Of a DNA stretch of 64,000 bases, positions 27,801 to 41,612 are shown piece by piece (position 1 is the first letter of the stretch; each line of letters opens with the position of its first letter). The DNA is from Laetmonice hystrix (lineage: Eukaryota): contig OZ249436.1 in assembly GCA_965235115.1 (NCBI GenBank), positions 53,632,001-53,696,000 on the forward strand, read 5' to 3'. Below the pieces are notes generated by a model. It did not search any database. It had not been told where the DNA came from and saw only the letters and a list, made by a program, of their open reading frames with translations. The translations under genes were made by a program, and so were the position numbers.

Positions 27801-30800
27801 TAATAAGATGACTAATTTCACAGAAGCATTTTGACACGATGTGCTGATGTCAAAACCGACCAGGAAAATGGTGTTATTAACGTACCCGACATGCAAAACC
27901 AGTTGAGACTGGAATTTCAAAGATAATGACACGGCTTGGTTCTCGCGGAGTTGTTGAGCCTAAGCATGCCAAATTGTAATTCAACAGGTCGGTTTTTGGA
28001 GCCACTCAAATCGACTCGTGTCTGAGTGGTGCCTATAAATGCAGCGAACTGCGAAGTTTAACACGGATGTAAAGCTCAAATTAGTCATACGCTTTTAGGA
28101 AAGCGCTGTGGAATGATTCGCCATTGTGGCTAATCGAATTGCCACACAAACTGTTAAAGCACGAATGAACCAAGCTCCTTTGACCGTTGAATAACAAGTG
28201 ACGCGGAACGAAATATTGAATGGTCTATCGGGAGTTCTAAAAACTGCAGTAGTCAGACCGCCCTTGAACTAAAGGGAATTGAATTAAGCAGTTTTGAAGA
28301 TTTTAAAAGGATTTTGAAATGAATCAAAACGGAATATACGTCGAGTATTAGGTATAATAGAGTATAGGCGTATCAAAATTATAATAACATATATGTTGTG
28401 AGCTTGCCAAAATAAGCATATTCAAGGAATGAATTCTTTGCTTGAATTTCTTTCGTGCACGTTTTTTTCAAAAAGAGTTTAAAGGTATAGATAATGATGA
28501 TGGTAAAAGTCCCGTACATTTGCAATAAAATACTTTCCAATGTCAATGATAGACGTGGGAGAATCCTCGAAAGAAAGCTAGATTTGGAAAAATATAACCC
28601 AAGAAAATTCATTACCCAGTATCTAGTATAGAATATTGCCCTCTTATCTAGATCCAGAATTGCTTCTAGAGGTAGCTTCTATAAGCTAGATGCAAATTTT
28701 AAATTCATGACGGCAGTTCCTTTTACTGCACAGAGCGCTTTAGTCATAATTAGTGGTCTAAAGGAAAGTTAATTAAATTAGTGCTTAGCTGAAAATTTCG
28801 ATATAAATGCCGCCATAAGAAGAGATGACATCATTGTTACTACGCTTTAATGCCACATTTATTTCAGTTTGTTCACCGAGTAATTGCAATTAAATTCCTG
28901 TAGAATATGAGGGCGCCGTAATGGTCTCATGAATAAGGGCGTATCGCATTGGACAATGTTCCGTTGGTGCATTAGTTTTAATAAGGAAATAGATTCATAT
29001 CAAAGTGACGGTCATTATACCAATACATCTGAGGCACAATACATCCTGGATGGTGTTTAATGTTATTTTAGCAGCTGATGTATTCAGTCATCTACATTTC
29101 ATATGATATTTTAATGCCAAGGACTTATTGTGTGTTGCATGTTAAAATTATATTACATCAACAATGTATAACAATAATTAATTCGGTTTACAAAGGGTAA
29201 TAATTAACATAATTTAATGTGAAGAAGAATAAAATTACAGGTTCAATATTTCAGGTCGATGACTTCATTGCTTGCCAAGAAGGAAGGAAGACGGCGTTAA
29301 AATGGAAGTTCCTCCTGGAAAAATGCAAGGTTTATGTAAAGGTAGGAGCAGATTATATTGACATGTGACTTCAGTGGCTCTGACAGATCCTTTTAATCCG
29401 GTGGCGGCTCAGCAGGGCCGTGTACATCCAACCGGCGGGGTTTCAGAAGTCACGCTCGAACAGGGCGCTACAATTGAGCCAATTATTTCAGGCGGATCTT
29501 GGAACCAGACGGAGAGACCAATAAATGGATGCGGACGGAAGGATGGGTGGACAGAGAGACAGATAGACAGACAGACAGACGAAAAAAAATACATTTTTCT
29601 TATTAAATAAGAAGGCTATTCCTGGACGGTCAAGCTGCTTTGATCCTCGCGATTGTGAATCAGCCATTAGGATCACCTCGAATATTACAGCATCGATTGC
29701 TGTTAATTAACGGCTGGGGGGAACTTGTCGTTCATGCCAAAGCTTGGCATGTTGACATGGGACAGGGCCGACCGTCAGCTTTGGTTAATTTCCACCGGGG
29801 ACTCGGTGTCAAATACCCCTCATTGGGCCGTCGTCGCCCGTCAGAGCCTGGACGTGTCACCAATCGGTCTGCGTGCAGACTCTCTAATCACGTGAACAAA
29901 AAATAAAGCTGGTGAGTAGTTTTAGGAAATGCAGTGAAAAAAAATAGTCACAAAGAAAAATCCATTTAAATCAACATGACTTTTAAAGTGATATAATCGA
30001 TCCAAAAGAAGTATTATTGAAAAACAAAGAAAACAATATCGAAACGTGGACGGGTCCAGTGCAGCTATTACATTATAGTGAACCTATCCTGTCCGGTAAA
30101 AATTGGTTTGTTTGGATGCTTTTAACAAAAGAAAGAATTTTCATGCATTTCTAACATTCATGCTTTTCCAAATAAGTATTAGTAGGTATGTGATTCAAGC
30201 AAAAATGGATACGACAAAGAACGTTCCACTAAATAAGAAAAAAAAGAGAGTAAAATACGAACTGAGGATTTCGTTGGGAACATTTAGCTCGTTCTTGTAA
30301 GCTGACTTAATTTAAGTTAGGGATATCGATAGCTGTGAGACATCGCTGCTTGTAGATGTTTAAAATTGAGACATGAGACATCAGCAAAATTAACTATGCA
30401 CGAGAAATCTATACTACCGCTCCATCCTGGCATGCACAGACATGTAGTGCACTTTGCAGAAGGATGTGTACCATAGGACCATGTGTAGGATAAGAAACCT
30501 TACCGTTTTGATCAATTAAACCATTTTTGAAGATAAACGTTCCATTTATTCAAGAAGTGTCAAACAATACTTAAAAGGGAATTGGCTAAGAACTTATCAG
30601 CTTCACCCAAGTGCCATGCTTATTACCTTTACCGCTACACATTGCCGTCGTTGCTACAGTTTTGTACATTTTGAATTGCCTCTGTGTATAACGGGTATTT
30701 CATTTAGATTTTGCAGCCGTCAAGTGGAAGACCACAGTTTAGTGTTCGAGTTCTAGGATGCACAAGGGCGGATCCAAAGGAAGCACTGGCGTGTCTGTAG
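18846..30800 (+). CDS. MEIOB: Meiosis-specific with OB domain-containing protein, 13 coding exons, 473 aa
   Basis: Exons: 18846-18935, 19276-19333, 19705-19836, 20568-20643, 21076-21268, 21404-21504, 21718-21770, 23287-23382, 23589-23681, 24518-24665, 26899-27100, 29255-29341, 30708-30800. All introns GT-AG and in phase (1422 nt). Motifs KLIGVVI, SFTLRDSPEDFINITCWG, DYYTIGDVLSNG, CEVKLFDET, VIFAADVRI, YAVLYAYISKFNIDD, CAKC...C..C zinc finger, ISLTDRTGT, KTALKWKFLLEKCKVYVK match recalled MEIOB. AATAAA at 30829-30834. Confidence 0.96.
22324..23191 (-). mobile_element. TTAA-flanked non-autonomous DNA transposon (Kolobok-like), copy 1, in MEIOB intron 7
   Basis: TTAA at 22320-22323 and 23192-23195; short imperfect TIRs with RR..YY ends; full-length inverted homologue at 48098-48950. 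Confidence 0.8.
23837..24358. mobile_element. MITE-like inverted-repeat element in MEIOB intron 9
   Basis: AAACTCCGCCAAGTCGCCA at the left and TGGCGACTTAGGCGGAGTTT at the right; TSD not resolved. Confidence 0.55.
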
Positions 30801-31010
30801 TGGCTTTTGATCTCATCAAACTGGCATTAATAAACAATGTGGTCATCAACGGCGCACATTATCCACCGGCCACAGTATGAACAGCCGGTAGCATTCCATG
30901 CAGTACTTTGTGTGAGCCATCTGTTACTGACATTATTGTGGTATGGTCGATGGTCCGATCACATCACGTAGTCCCGAGGTTATGACGTCATGTAACAACG
31001 TATGCTGCAG

Positions 31011-31083
31011 TAAAAGTAAAGTGTTCACATGTAAAAGTACAGTGTTCACATGTAAAAGTACAGTGTTCACATGTAAAAGCAGT
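31011..31083. repeat. 21-bp tandem repeat, about 3.5 copies
   Basis: GTAAAAGTACAGTGTTCACAT repeated; it produces the LLHVNTV repeat in ORF 30933..31115. Confidence 0.9.
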
Positions 31084-34000
31084 GAACATCGCTGATATAC
31101 GCCAGAATTTCCCACTACACGTTTACCTTCTAATTATTGCTATGGTTTGGTTCTGTGTTAATCTTCTTGGTCTGCATCTTGATAGGGGGCAGCACATGTA
31201 CTTTCTAACATCATGTTTAACATTGAAGTGCTACGTTTATATTAAAAGTGCGTTGTGCTACCTTAAAGATTGATAAATACTCGTGAGAAAACTCGATTAT
31301 CATGAAATGCGGCCGTTATTATTTAAAAAAAAAACTGTTGGTTATTTATACGATCACTAGAGAGTCAGAAATATTACAGCGATAGTTTATTTTTGTTCAT
31401 GAATGTCTCTTAATGACCATGCTGACATGGAAGACTGTATACATATGCGATTGTTTCCTGCTTACAATTGATAGATTTACTAGGAATGTTGATGTTACAG
31501 AACTGACGTTTATTGACGAGTGCACTGTGTGCACAGAACGGTAAGATGGACGGGAATGCCAACGTTTGTGCGTGATTGAAAGGCATTGTTAGGCAGATTC
31601 ACTGACTCAGTGGAGAGTGTGGGGGTGGGGGCAGTGCTGTGTGATATGAATAATTTAAACGGTATGGCCAGGAAACACGGACATGTCGTGACAGAACGTA
31701 GCATTACCAACGGCCCCCTCCCCCACATGATTTCTTATACGGACGGGTACTTCCCTAACTAGCCAATAAATCACGGCCTCGGATATTTACCTTGAACGTT
31801 TTTTTCCCTTTTGCTGTGTTTCACCATTGATCTTTCATGTTGCCTTGGGAATATTAACCATGAGGACGGATCTCTTTAGTTCTTCATACATCAGAAGATG
31901 AAAACGAGTACGGGTGGATAGAGGAGTCCGTAATGCAGCAAAGTATGGGGTCTGGGAGATTTCGAAGGTAGAGTTCCAGCTGCCAAATACTGACAGGGGC
32001 GAACCTAGGATTTCGAGGGATGATGCAGCTCCCATTAGGAATCAGTTAAGAACCCCTAAGCCTGCCGCCAATGAAGTCTGATAAAGCAACAGAAAAAGAA
32101 ATGCAAAGAAGATTTATCGCCTTGTCATAACAAAATAATAAAAAAGTATTGTGAACAAAGGTAGATCTGAAGACGCAAATAAGACGACATTGTAAGTTAA
32201 AATGCATCGTTTAATTCATGTAAACGTGCACATCGGCACTGATAAGTAATTTTTTTTAACTTGCATGAAACTCATGCACGGTCACCTTAAAGTTGAATGC
32301 AGACAGGCCTAATGTTACATTGTAAATCTTGCACAAGCAGACGTTATAGGCCTACTAGAAATACCTTTTTGATGTTGTACATGAATGGAGAACATTTTTC
32401 GACTGGCTTCAGCTCACAGAAATATTTCCATAAAGGCTTTGTAACTATGTTGCAGAAATAACAGCGTGGAGCCAAAAAGGTTGAGTAGGGGTTTTTCAGA
32501 GATCCCATGGACGGGGGGAGGGCGCATTTGTTTTTATCTGTAGGGCAATTTTGTTTGGGTATAGAAGCGACTTATTGGCCGCACATGGTCAGGGTTACAT
32601 ATACTGGAAACGACATTCAGTCCTTGAATCTGCTACTTTATTTATTTTGTCAAAAAGCACAGAGACAGTAGTCTTAACATGACCAAAGCCGTGGAATACG
32701 GCTGTGAGGTAACCATAAATTTTGAAACCATGTCCCAGGTCATTTCTGGTTTGCAACGGTTGTTCGATACAGCATTGTAATTATTAATAAATAAATAAAA
32801 AGTAGGAGATATTGTTTTTAAAGTTCAAGGATTAAGCCAATTTAGTCTGGCAGTTTCTTTTATTGGCTTCCTAATGACATGTTTTATATCATCTAGATAT
32901 GAACAAATTTTGCATCCAATATCCTGTTGAAACCTAATGCTTCTTAATTTTTCTGTTGAGAAGAGAAGACGTGTATCCAGCTGACTCGATAACGGTAAAT
33001 CTTTGGCGCTCATGCTGATTTTTAGGATAACAGTGAAGTATAACAGTCTGTCAGTCGTTGAGAGTGAGGCAGATTACAGTCTTCCAGTCGTGGAGAGTTG
33101 GACGTATACCTCCGCCGGCTGTGGACAGGGGAAGATATTGTCGAGCCTGCTAGCCGTAAAAACAGGGTAGTATTAGAGTTTGGCAGCCATACAGGAAGTC
33201 AATGAACCGAACAATCCAGCTTGAAGTGATTACCTGATTACAAAGTTTGTCGACTGCACGAAAGTAACGCAAATTATTGCTTCTAGACGTCGTGATGCAG
33301 AAGCAATTGGGCACCCCCCCAAACTTTTAGTGTAACCTACTTTTCTAACTAGTTTTGGCTTGATATACGTGTTGTCTTAATTAAGAAATGTTTCAGCCAG
33401 GTGGGAGGTCATGCGAGCAGGGACCGCACCGATCCTGAGCTTTTACGTACAGGCACCATTTACTTTTGCTCACTTTAAAATACTTGAAAGCTAAACATGT
33501 GGTAGACCTATGTTCGCCTCCAACCTTGTGAGGCGTTGATAATCCTGATATCTTATCTTGCTCATCTACATTTCGAGATATAGAGAAAATACCTTTATGG
33601 CTCATTGGCGCACTGCACGCGATTAGGAGAGAGGATGGGCTAAAATAGCCTCAGCAGTGAATGTTCTACTTAGGCCCTTGAAAGCTTGAGCAGAAAAGAA
33701 TGACGGCACTGCAGGTTGGGCCATGAAGTCTTGGTGCGTTGCCAGAGTCAAACGATTGAAATGGTGCCACTGGATGTTCCTCGGTGAACTCGTGCTTTGC
33801 GGTGCACTTGATCTGGCGAAGGGTTGCTGGAGTTACTGCTGGGAGGGTGATACGGCTTGAGGCAGCGTGCGTGACACAGCAGCGGAATCTCCTTAGCGTT
33901 AATTGAATAGGTGGATACACGTAAGTGTTCCTCCACCAGTTAACGGGGAAGGCAGCTCTTCTATCAGTCTAAGAAATCCTTTGGAGTAAAGAAGCGGAGG

Positions 34001-34725
34001 AACGTGCAGGCTTTACCAAGGGGGTTCCCAAGGATAGCCAGGTTCCTGTCCTCGTCATCTGTAGGAAACGTTGTGAAGCTCAACACAGACTTGGAAAGTG
34101 AAATATGTACGATTGTGAATTTGGCCGGATATCAACAAATGAATAGCTAACCTCAACTGCACGCATGACCAGGTGCCAGAAGTCTACCTGAAGACGTTTT
34201 CCGGAAAGAGGTTTAAAGCGGGCAACACATGAAATATGTACATCTGAAGTTGGAATACCGATATGAAATAGTAATATCGCGTGGATAACCTGTGCGATAG
34301 GGTCTGACCTGTACGTCTTTAAAGATTGATGAAGAACTCAAGCGAATTAGCTTGAATAACAGTTTCCTTATACCAAGGTCACTGCAATTTCAAACTAAAG
34401 TGAAGAGAATCTGGTTGTACGAAGCGAAACAATTGAAGGGGATGCCACCGGAAAACACTTCATACAGAAAAATTGTGTTGTAAATACATGGAAGGTGAAA
34501 AGGTAAGCGGAGGTCGTTGAGCAGTCCGTACCGGAGGTCCGTCTTTATACGCAGACATAAAACATATCTTGGCTTGTCCACAAGACGACTAACGTGGCGT
34601 CCTCACGTGTGCGAGGAACACGTGCGACAAATAGTTTAGAGGTACGTTTAAAGGCCGATGATACTGGCCGAAGGGGAAATGAAACGGAAACTCATTTTTT
34701 CGAGTACAGAAATAATCGGCATGAC

Positions 34726-35904
34726 ATGCAACATAAGCGGAATTTTGGCTTGCCGGCCCTTCACACTAAACCGAATACGGAGAGTTTGCTAAGGGGCGGT
34801 AATGGCTATATCAGGCGAGCCGATGGTACTGCAGCTGGAAAGAGGGGGACCGGGTCTGGTAGGACATATCATAAATCTCCCAATGCTGCCGTTCTTAATA
34901 CCGATTCCTACCAACCCAAGACGTTCGGGTATGGCCACACGACGGTGCAGGTTAAGGTTGGTTCAGGTATTAACGAGAGTACAGGAGCACTGGGATCAAA
35001 CCATGAAAGGGGATACAAACATGGCCGGACGATGTCTGGCCTCGCACCAGTTCAGAATAGGCTTCCACCAGTATCCTGGCAGAACCATGGTAGAGAGCGG
35101 ATTCCCATTCAAGCAGAAACTGAATGGACATTACCAAAACCAGCATCGAGGTCGGAAACATCCTATGAAAACAACGCAACATCTGGTAGAAAATACAACA
35201 AAGAAGCATTTTCTGGAAATAAAAACATTCAAAACAGCCTTCCTGTCATTGAATTTCGGACTTATAATAAGGAACACGGAGAGAGTCTGAATCACAGGAC
35301 CTTTATGTTTAACATAGATAAACCGCCACTGCAAGCTTCTGAGAGCCACTTACCGCATGTCTCTTCGCCGCAAAACCTTTCAGACCGCACGACTCGAACA
35401 GCAGTCCCGACTGAAGAAAGTGATTTTCGTGCCAGAAAAGGAAGTGTTTCCGGCGAATTGTCTAATTTTAAGCACCTTCTAAGAACATCTACTCCAAAAC
35501 CAGAGACAGTAGCAAAACGAAGGAAAGTGGAATTTCGAGATTCATCCCCAGAGATTGTAGATCTTGAACAAAAGGAACCAGTGACAGTCATTTCCAAACG
35601 ATTGGAGATTACCAGACGCCCGGAAGATGGTTGTTCACCAACACCGCAGCACCGCCAGCCTCCGAAGTCAATACTGAAATCTAAAGTACAACCTGCTGTT
35701 ACTCCTGGCGAGATGAGGTTGTCTAAGAAGTATCAGGCATTTATGTGGCCGGCCAAAAATACCGATACCCTTAGACTACCAACTTTAAGATACGGAGAAC
35801 AGGCTCCTGTGTCACATCGGAAGACAGACTCAAATCCTAATCGAAAGTTCACATGCAGCAAGGAATTTGCTGCTGTTTTCGAAGACATTGATGATATTTT
35901 GTGA
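34726..35904 (+). CDS. Uncharacterised S/T/R/K/P-rich, probably disordered protein (392 aa from first ATG), candidate PP1 interactor
   Basis: By far the longest ORF in the window: stop-free from 34561 to TGA 35902-35904, non-repetitive, first in-frame ATG 34726. Contains KRRKVEF (RVxF-type) and KSILK. No domain recognised; could be one large exon of a spliced gene. Confidence 0.7.
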   Translation: MQHKRNFGLPALHTKPNTESLLRGGNGYIRRADGTAAGKRGTGSGRTYHKSPNAAVLNTDSYQPKTFGYGHTTVQVKVGSGINESTGALGSNHERGYKHGRTMSGLAPVQNRLPPVSWQNHGRERIPIQAETEWTLPKPASRSETSYENNATSGRKYNKEAFSGNKNIQNSLPVIEFRTYNKEHGESLNHRTFMFNIDKPPLQASESHLPHVSSPQNLSDRTTRTAVPTEESDFRARKGSVSGELSNFKHLLRTSTPKPETVAKRRKVEFRDSSPEIVDLEQKEPVTVISKRLEITRRPEDGCSPTPQHRQPPKSILKSKVQPAVTPGEMRLSKKYQAFMWPAKNTDTLRLPTLRYGEQAPVSHRKTDSNPNRKFTCSKEFAAVFEDIDDIL

Positions 35905-37811
35905 TCCTAAGGAAAAATATGTTTGTGGGCGTGTGTCTGAGAACCTATCGTCATTGCAGTAACTGTGATATTTACCCTAAATTTGAAAGGTATATTACCT
36001 TACTATCAAAGATATACACACCGTTCTCAAACTTCTGGATAGATACAGCTGTTTTTAAAAACGCTGGTGTGCGGTTGCGTGTGTGGGTGAACGTGCATAT
36101 TAAGCTATCCATATCGCGTGCTATGAGGATTCTTCGAGACTTAGTTTTTTTTTCCATCAGGCAACTGCTTAGCCTACGTAGTAAGCCTCAGCCAGTGAGG
36201 CTTACGACCACTCAATGTTAAAAATTTGTGTGTCAGCGCCAGCGCAAATTCATGTACCGATCAACTCACCGGCATCCATTTATCGGCGGCAACGTCTTCT
36301 TTTAGTTGTTTGACAAGTAAAACATCAAATTCCGAAGTATCGTCCAGCTGCGGCTTCCCTGGCCTGTTTATGTCCCAGCATGCATCTCTCTGACCTAGCA
36401 AGGTCCCCTCCTCTACGTATGTCGTAACATAGCGGACGCGTCTGTTAGGCAGGGTACCAGGCTACTCCCTGACCCGGGAGGTCAAAATGGCCGCGATAGG
36501 CAGAGAGCCAAATTCGTCGATTCCAGACTTTGTGCTGCCCTTATTAATGTCTCGTCGTGCTTTCCAAACTTGGAAATAAGTGAGATAAGTTACTTTAAGC
36601 GTGTTTATTAATATTCAGTTCAGATATATGGGCAGGGGAGGGGTTTTCATGGTGGTTGGATGATTTGACCGAACACACCAGGAACTTGCACGACGTGGCG
36701 TCCGTCTCTGTATACGGTAGTACAGAGACGGATACTCTGTCTAGCAACTGCTCAGCTCATACACCTCGAAGCCGTTTTAGCCATGCGACTGGTGTGGTTG
36801 GAGGGAAAGTCAGCAGCAGGTAATCATTGGAAATCGTTGAGCCCTCTTACATGTGGAAATAGATAGGTTGGAACAAACGCGCCAACGTTTGCCTGTATTT
36901 ATACAGCGAATGTTGTCCCCTTCCTTCTGGACTTCTCCAGTTCGTTGTAGGTTTAAAGAAGCAGCGTATATCCAGCCAACCCAACAATACTATTATCCTT
37001 AAGTTGGCAATATGGGGGCCGAAATTTTCCTAATAGAAACTTGGAATCCTTATACTGTTTCAAGTTTGGTCCGAATTGGTGAATAGTACACAACCATTGG
37101 GATCAATACGCCTAAAACAACGTGTTCATTTTTCCAGTACAGACACGGATACCGATAAGGACAAGGTTAAAATAAACATGTTGACCGAAAATGTATCCTT
37201 TATTTCAAATGTTTAACCCCCCTCCCCCTCAGGGGTAAGAATGACCCCCAGCTCCAACCTAGATGTTCGTAAAAGGCGACGAAATTATAGGTGCGAAGGG
37301 GAAGTCATGGAGTGTCAGGTTGCAGGATCATCTGCGTTGCACAGATGGATTTGGATTCTTCAAATACTATTTTTACTGGCGCTCTCCAGTGCCCGGCAAC
37401 TACATGGATCGTCAATTCCTTTGATATATAGGGCCTATACACACACGGCAGTAAGTAAATATGCTGTTGAAAGCGGAGTTCTTTATAAAAATCCGAAATA
37501 ATAAACACAAAAAACACTTTAGTGTGTTTAGGCGCTTATTCCTTTTGAAACAAGAATCCAAACCGTGACGTGTAAAAGGGGGGGGGGGTGTTTCACTGAA
37601 TAGGAGCTTTCTTTTGCAAAGCTGTCTGTCTTTGTACCGACTGTGTTCAAAGAATGATTGCACCGACAATATTCAAGGAGTGACTGCAGCGAGGACTTAA
37701 CGAAATCATACAACAATAGTTTCCATGGTTCCATCGGCATATTGCCCGAGTAAAACGCACCCTGATTAAAGGCAGGGTAAACACCCACGGCAAATAAGGT
37801 TTCCTAGACCA

Positions 37812-38164
37812 AATGAAACACCAGCATTTACATCAGGGCAATAAATACCACAATTACGTTGTCTGAATGAAGTAATTAACGTGTAACCGCCCGATGTGTG
37901 ACGCCGCTGGTCTTTCCTTGACCTTCTTGTGTGTTCATCAGAGCCGAATGCTGCACACCGCGGCGTATTGGGTAACATTACGTGTTACTCTGCTCACAGA
38001 CCTTGTCTACACGATGTTTGGAGTCCCAACGTTTGTAAACGTCCAAGGTGTTCAACACACGAGTAGAACCAGCGGCGTCACACATCGGGCAGTTACACGT
38101 TAATTACTTCATTACAACGTAACTGTGGCATTTATTGCCCTGAGGTAAATGCTGGTGTTTCATT
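37812..38164. mobile_element. Palindromic MITE-like element with about 100-bp arms
   Basis: AATGAAACACCAGCATTTAC...GTGTGACGCCGCTGGT is mirrored by ACCAGCGGCGTCACAC...GTAAATGCTGGTGTTTCATT; no TSD found. Confidence 0.7.
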
Positions 38165-38169
38165 CGAAG

Positions 38170-38510
38170 GTCGTCGCAATAAATGAACATGTTCATTTTT
38201 TGAACGACAGTTGCAGCTGAATCACACCGTTTTTCTGCTTGCTACTGTAGCCATTTTTGAACCAGGTGATGGTATGCCTCCAGATCCATTATTTTCCCCA
38301 CACTCTGGTTCGTTCTGGTTTTGGAGGTTCCTCTTCCAAAAATATGTGTAGAAATTGCCACTGCGGCTAGCTCATCGAAATTCACATTTCGCGCCATGTT
38401 GGTTGGAATGGGGCAGCAAATCGGGTGGGCGGTCCACTGTTCGATCGCCAAGTGTAGCAGCATTACCGATGCGACGAGTGAGAGACGAGCGACTGGCATA
38501 GTGTTGCATC
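38170..38510. repeat. Dispersed repeat; diverged inverted copy at about 49550-49860
   Basis: Shared blocks such as TTGCAGCTGAATC.CACCGTTTT, CGATCGCCAAGTGTAGCAG and GAGAGACGAGCGAC; the similar ORFs 38242..38499(-) and 49560..49838(+) reflect this repeat. Confidence 0.75.
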
Positions 38511-40384
38511 AGCTTACGAAGACACTTCTCATGGCTACTACTTTTTTGATCATACTAATTAAGCTCGCTATACGATTAAAGACACAAACATGCCAGCTGC
38601 CGTCATTCATTAATTTTGTACCAGTACTAATTGTTATTTTTAGTCGCCCAATCTGCGAAAGTCGGTATTACTGTTTTATGGGGCATCACTGCAAAGATAC
38701 TTGGTTTCTTTCAGCATCAAGATGACATGTGTCGCCATGCGAAAAACCCGCAGACTGTGGCATGTTTCTTTAATTACCACATTGCTTGTTGGTACCTGCT
38801 CTGGCGAACTGGTACTACGGCTCACAATAAACTGCTCACAAAATGCAGCTTTAACGGAAATATTCTGTAATCTTGGTTATACTTGGCTCAGTCATTACCT
38901 ACAATACATGTATATTATAACCTGCATCTTCTCACAAACTAAAAGCATCTAATCTCAGTATTCTGAGATTATTCTGTGAAAATTATTGTATGATAGAAAT
39001 TATCACTTGTTTGGTATAGTAAACTGATCTTGACCATAAGGAATATTTTAAAGCATACTATAAGTGGGAAGCATGGCAGTTACAATATGGAGCCGAAGAA
39101 GGTCTTTATTTATACTGCGTTCCGCAACAAGTTCGTGGGACCCAACTTAGCTCTGACAACTGATGACTTAAAAGCATCCTAAAAATATCAGGCCCCTACA
39201 CATGACATAAATCACATTAACCGATTCAAAGTAGTGTTTCATTACTGAGCGTATTTCAAATGAGCGAATGCAAAAACTGCTCGAAGGTTCTCATGCAGAA
39301 AAATATTTATTTGCGCAAATGCTTTCCTTGGATTTTAGCGCCCATAAGATGTAGTTAAGGAATTTCTGCCTCAGGAGTATAAAGTCGTGTATACGTACGA
39401 ATGCTGACTTATACTTTAAGGTGACTAAGGTGTAACACCTTGAAAGGTTAGTGACAAAACGAGAGGTTGATTTAAAATAGACGCATTTTTCAAAATGATT
39501 TATTCACAACATTATAGTTTTAAAGGGAGGTAAATTACTTGTCAAATGATTAATATCTCCAAATGGGTTAATGGTCCACATCCATATCGATGTTTAAAAT
39601 AAAACTACAGGCTGGTGATAGATTTGGTGTGTTGCCTTCGTTTAATTATGATGGCCTTTACTACTCTTATTTTTTACTCTTAGTTACTCTTATCTATACC
39701 GGGAAATATTGCAAACAGTGTCTGCTTGAGGAAAACAGATATCTCTTCACTGCCAGCTAGAATATTGGGCTAGTAAGGGCAATTCAGTTCGCGTCATGAC
39801 CTGCCTCTTCTTGGCTGGATTGAGGCCCTCAAATGAGTTGAACAAAAGATTAAAAAGCAGGTAAAATTAGAATAGGCCTAGTGATTATAGAGTGATGGGG
39901 TCTATCAAGAAGAAATATTGTTTTACAAATGTTCAGTGGTTCAATTTGCTGTATTGGGACGAGATATCCGAACAATGGGGAATCGTATTTCAACACACGA
40001 AAGTGGCATGCCTGCTTTGGAAATCAGGTGGCCTGGAGGAATATTGGAGAAATAAGACAATTCCCGACCCACCCTTCCCGCTGCGGCCGGTGTATAGTTT
40101 AAAAGGTATAACATTTTATGTCAGGTCCGAGCGAATACCCTTCCTCCTTCCAGCACAACGGAAAGGGACACTGCCATCTGCATGGAAATGTCCACATACG
40201 TTGTGAGGGGGAGGGGTTGAGAGAGAAGGCTAGATCCATAAATAAAGATTAATTACTAAGCAAAGAAAAGGTGTAGTTACATCATGATTATAATGATCGG
40301 GGATACTATAATTGTGAAGGAACACCCATGTGGAAATCGGAATTATTGTGTTGAAATTCCGCTGCTGTAACGTAGACATCAGCT

Positions 40385-41080
40385 GGGACCCGTTTCATTA
40401 CTAAGCTCATGCGTTCGTTAGAGTAAAAACGCGTTACTTAACGAAAATCGTGTCTAACCGTTGCATAACTAATAACACCATTGTTACTTTACGAATTTCT
40501 ACGTTATTTATGCGCTAACGGATTTTTTTTTAACCCGAATGGAAACGGTGTGGGTTAAGTGTTGCGTTCGGTAGTTAACGAGAAATATCGGTAATTAAGC
40601 CATGATTTACATTGACCGTATCGACAAATTATGTCGGCAAGTGGAGTGTAGAAGGGGCGAAATGACAATGAAGGTGTTAATGACCCTGATGGAGGCCATG
40701 GAGGTCATGAAAGAGATCTGAAAGTCTATCGGCCTCACATAGATCCGTTTGAGGAATACAGCCCACGGAAATTCTTATCAAGATATCGGCTGGACATGGC
40801 TATTAAAATTATGTTTAGGTGGGTTCTGCGTGAAGGAGTCTCTCAACATAATCCGGATAATCCGCACCCCAACTTCTGATTGTGGTACACGAACGATTCT
40901 TTGCATCTTACATTGTTATTCCAGAATACGACAGGAATTATTTCTTATTATTCACAGATGTCTTGATGGCAGTGGGGTGCCATACAGAGTGACCCGGGAA
41001 CATCTAGTAGGATGGTACTGGCAGTAACATGTCTTCACAATATTGCAATAAATCGCGGGATACCAATCATTGACGAATAG
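40385..41080 (+). pseudogene. Degenerate PIF/Harbinger element with HARBI1-like (DDE_Tnp_4) nuclease C-terminal remnant
   Basis: 40959-41077 reads CLDGSG/(frameshift)/GAIQSDPGTSSRMVLAVTCLHNIAINRGIP, fitting the recalled RCLD..GG.L...P......I...C..LHNIA..RG tail; Harbinger-like end GGGACCCGTTTC at about 40385. Confidence 0.7.
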
Positions 41081-41612
41081 GTACATGCCTAGCTGTCATT
41101 CAGCAGAGGCTCAGCTAGGAGACAGAGGACAGGCATCATCGCGGTTTTCATGCATGAGAAACTGTCATTCAAACCTTTGGATAACATATTTTCTTGCATT
41201 GGGGCGGGGGTTGGGGGGGACTGAGGCATGGTCAGAAGGGCCATGCGGCGACGATCTGATCGCAGCCAAATTTTGCTGCCATGGAGTGTCGCAGTGATTT
41301 TTGCTGGCGATTTTTCGGCCTCAGCGACCGCAAGCAGTGTGCACCGTTTGACGTCACCTGAGTGGCGCTGGGATTGAAATTGAAATTGAATAGACCACTG
41401 ATAAAGAGGACACCCTTGACATACCTTGCAGTATACGACGCACATTAATGGGCATTAATGGCTCATCCTCTGGCTGAGAACACAGATCATGTTGGCCCTA
41501 AGTCCCTACACACTTAGATTTTAAACTTTCTTTGCCAATGCTGTAGAGGGCGGATGCGTTAGCGACGTCACCCTCGTTTTATGAGTGGCGGTACTCCGCC
41601 CACACACCTATA

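Noticed and set aside
33666..34060. Possible coding exon upstream of the orphan ORF
   Set aside because: Only short frames on either strand and no recognisable protein; it may be UTR.
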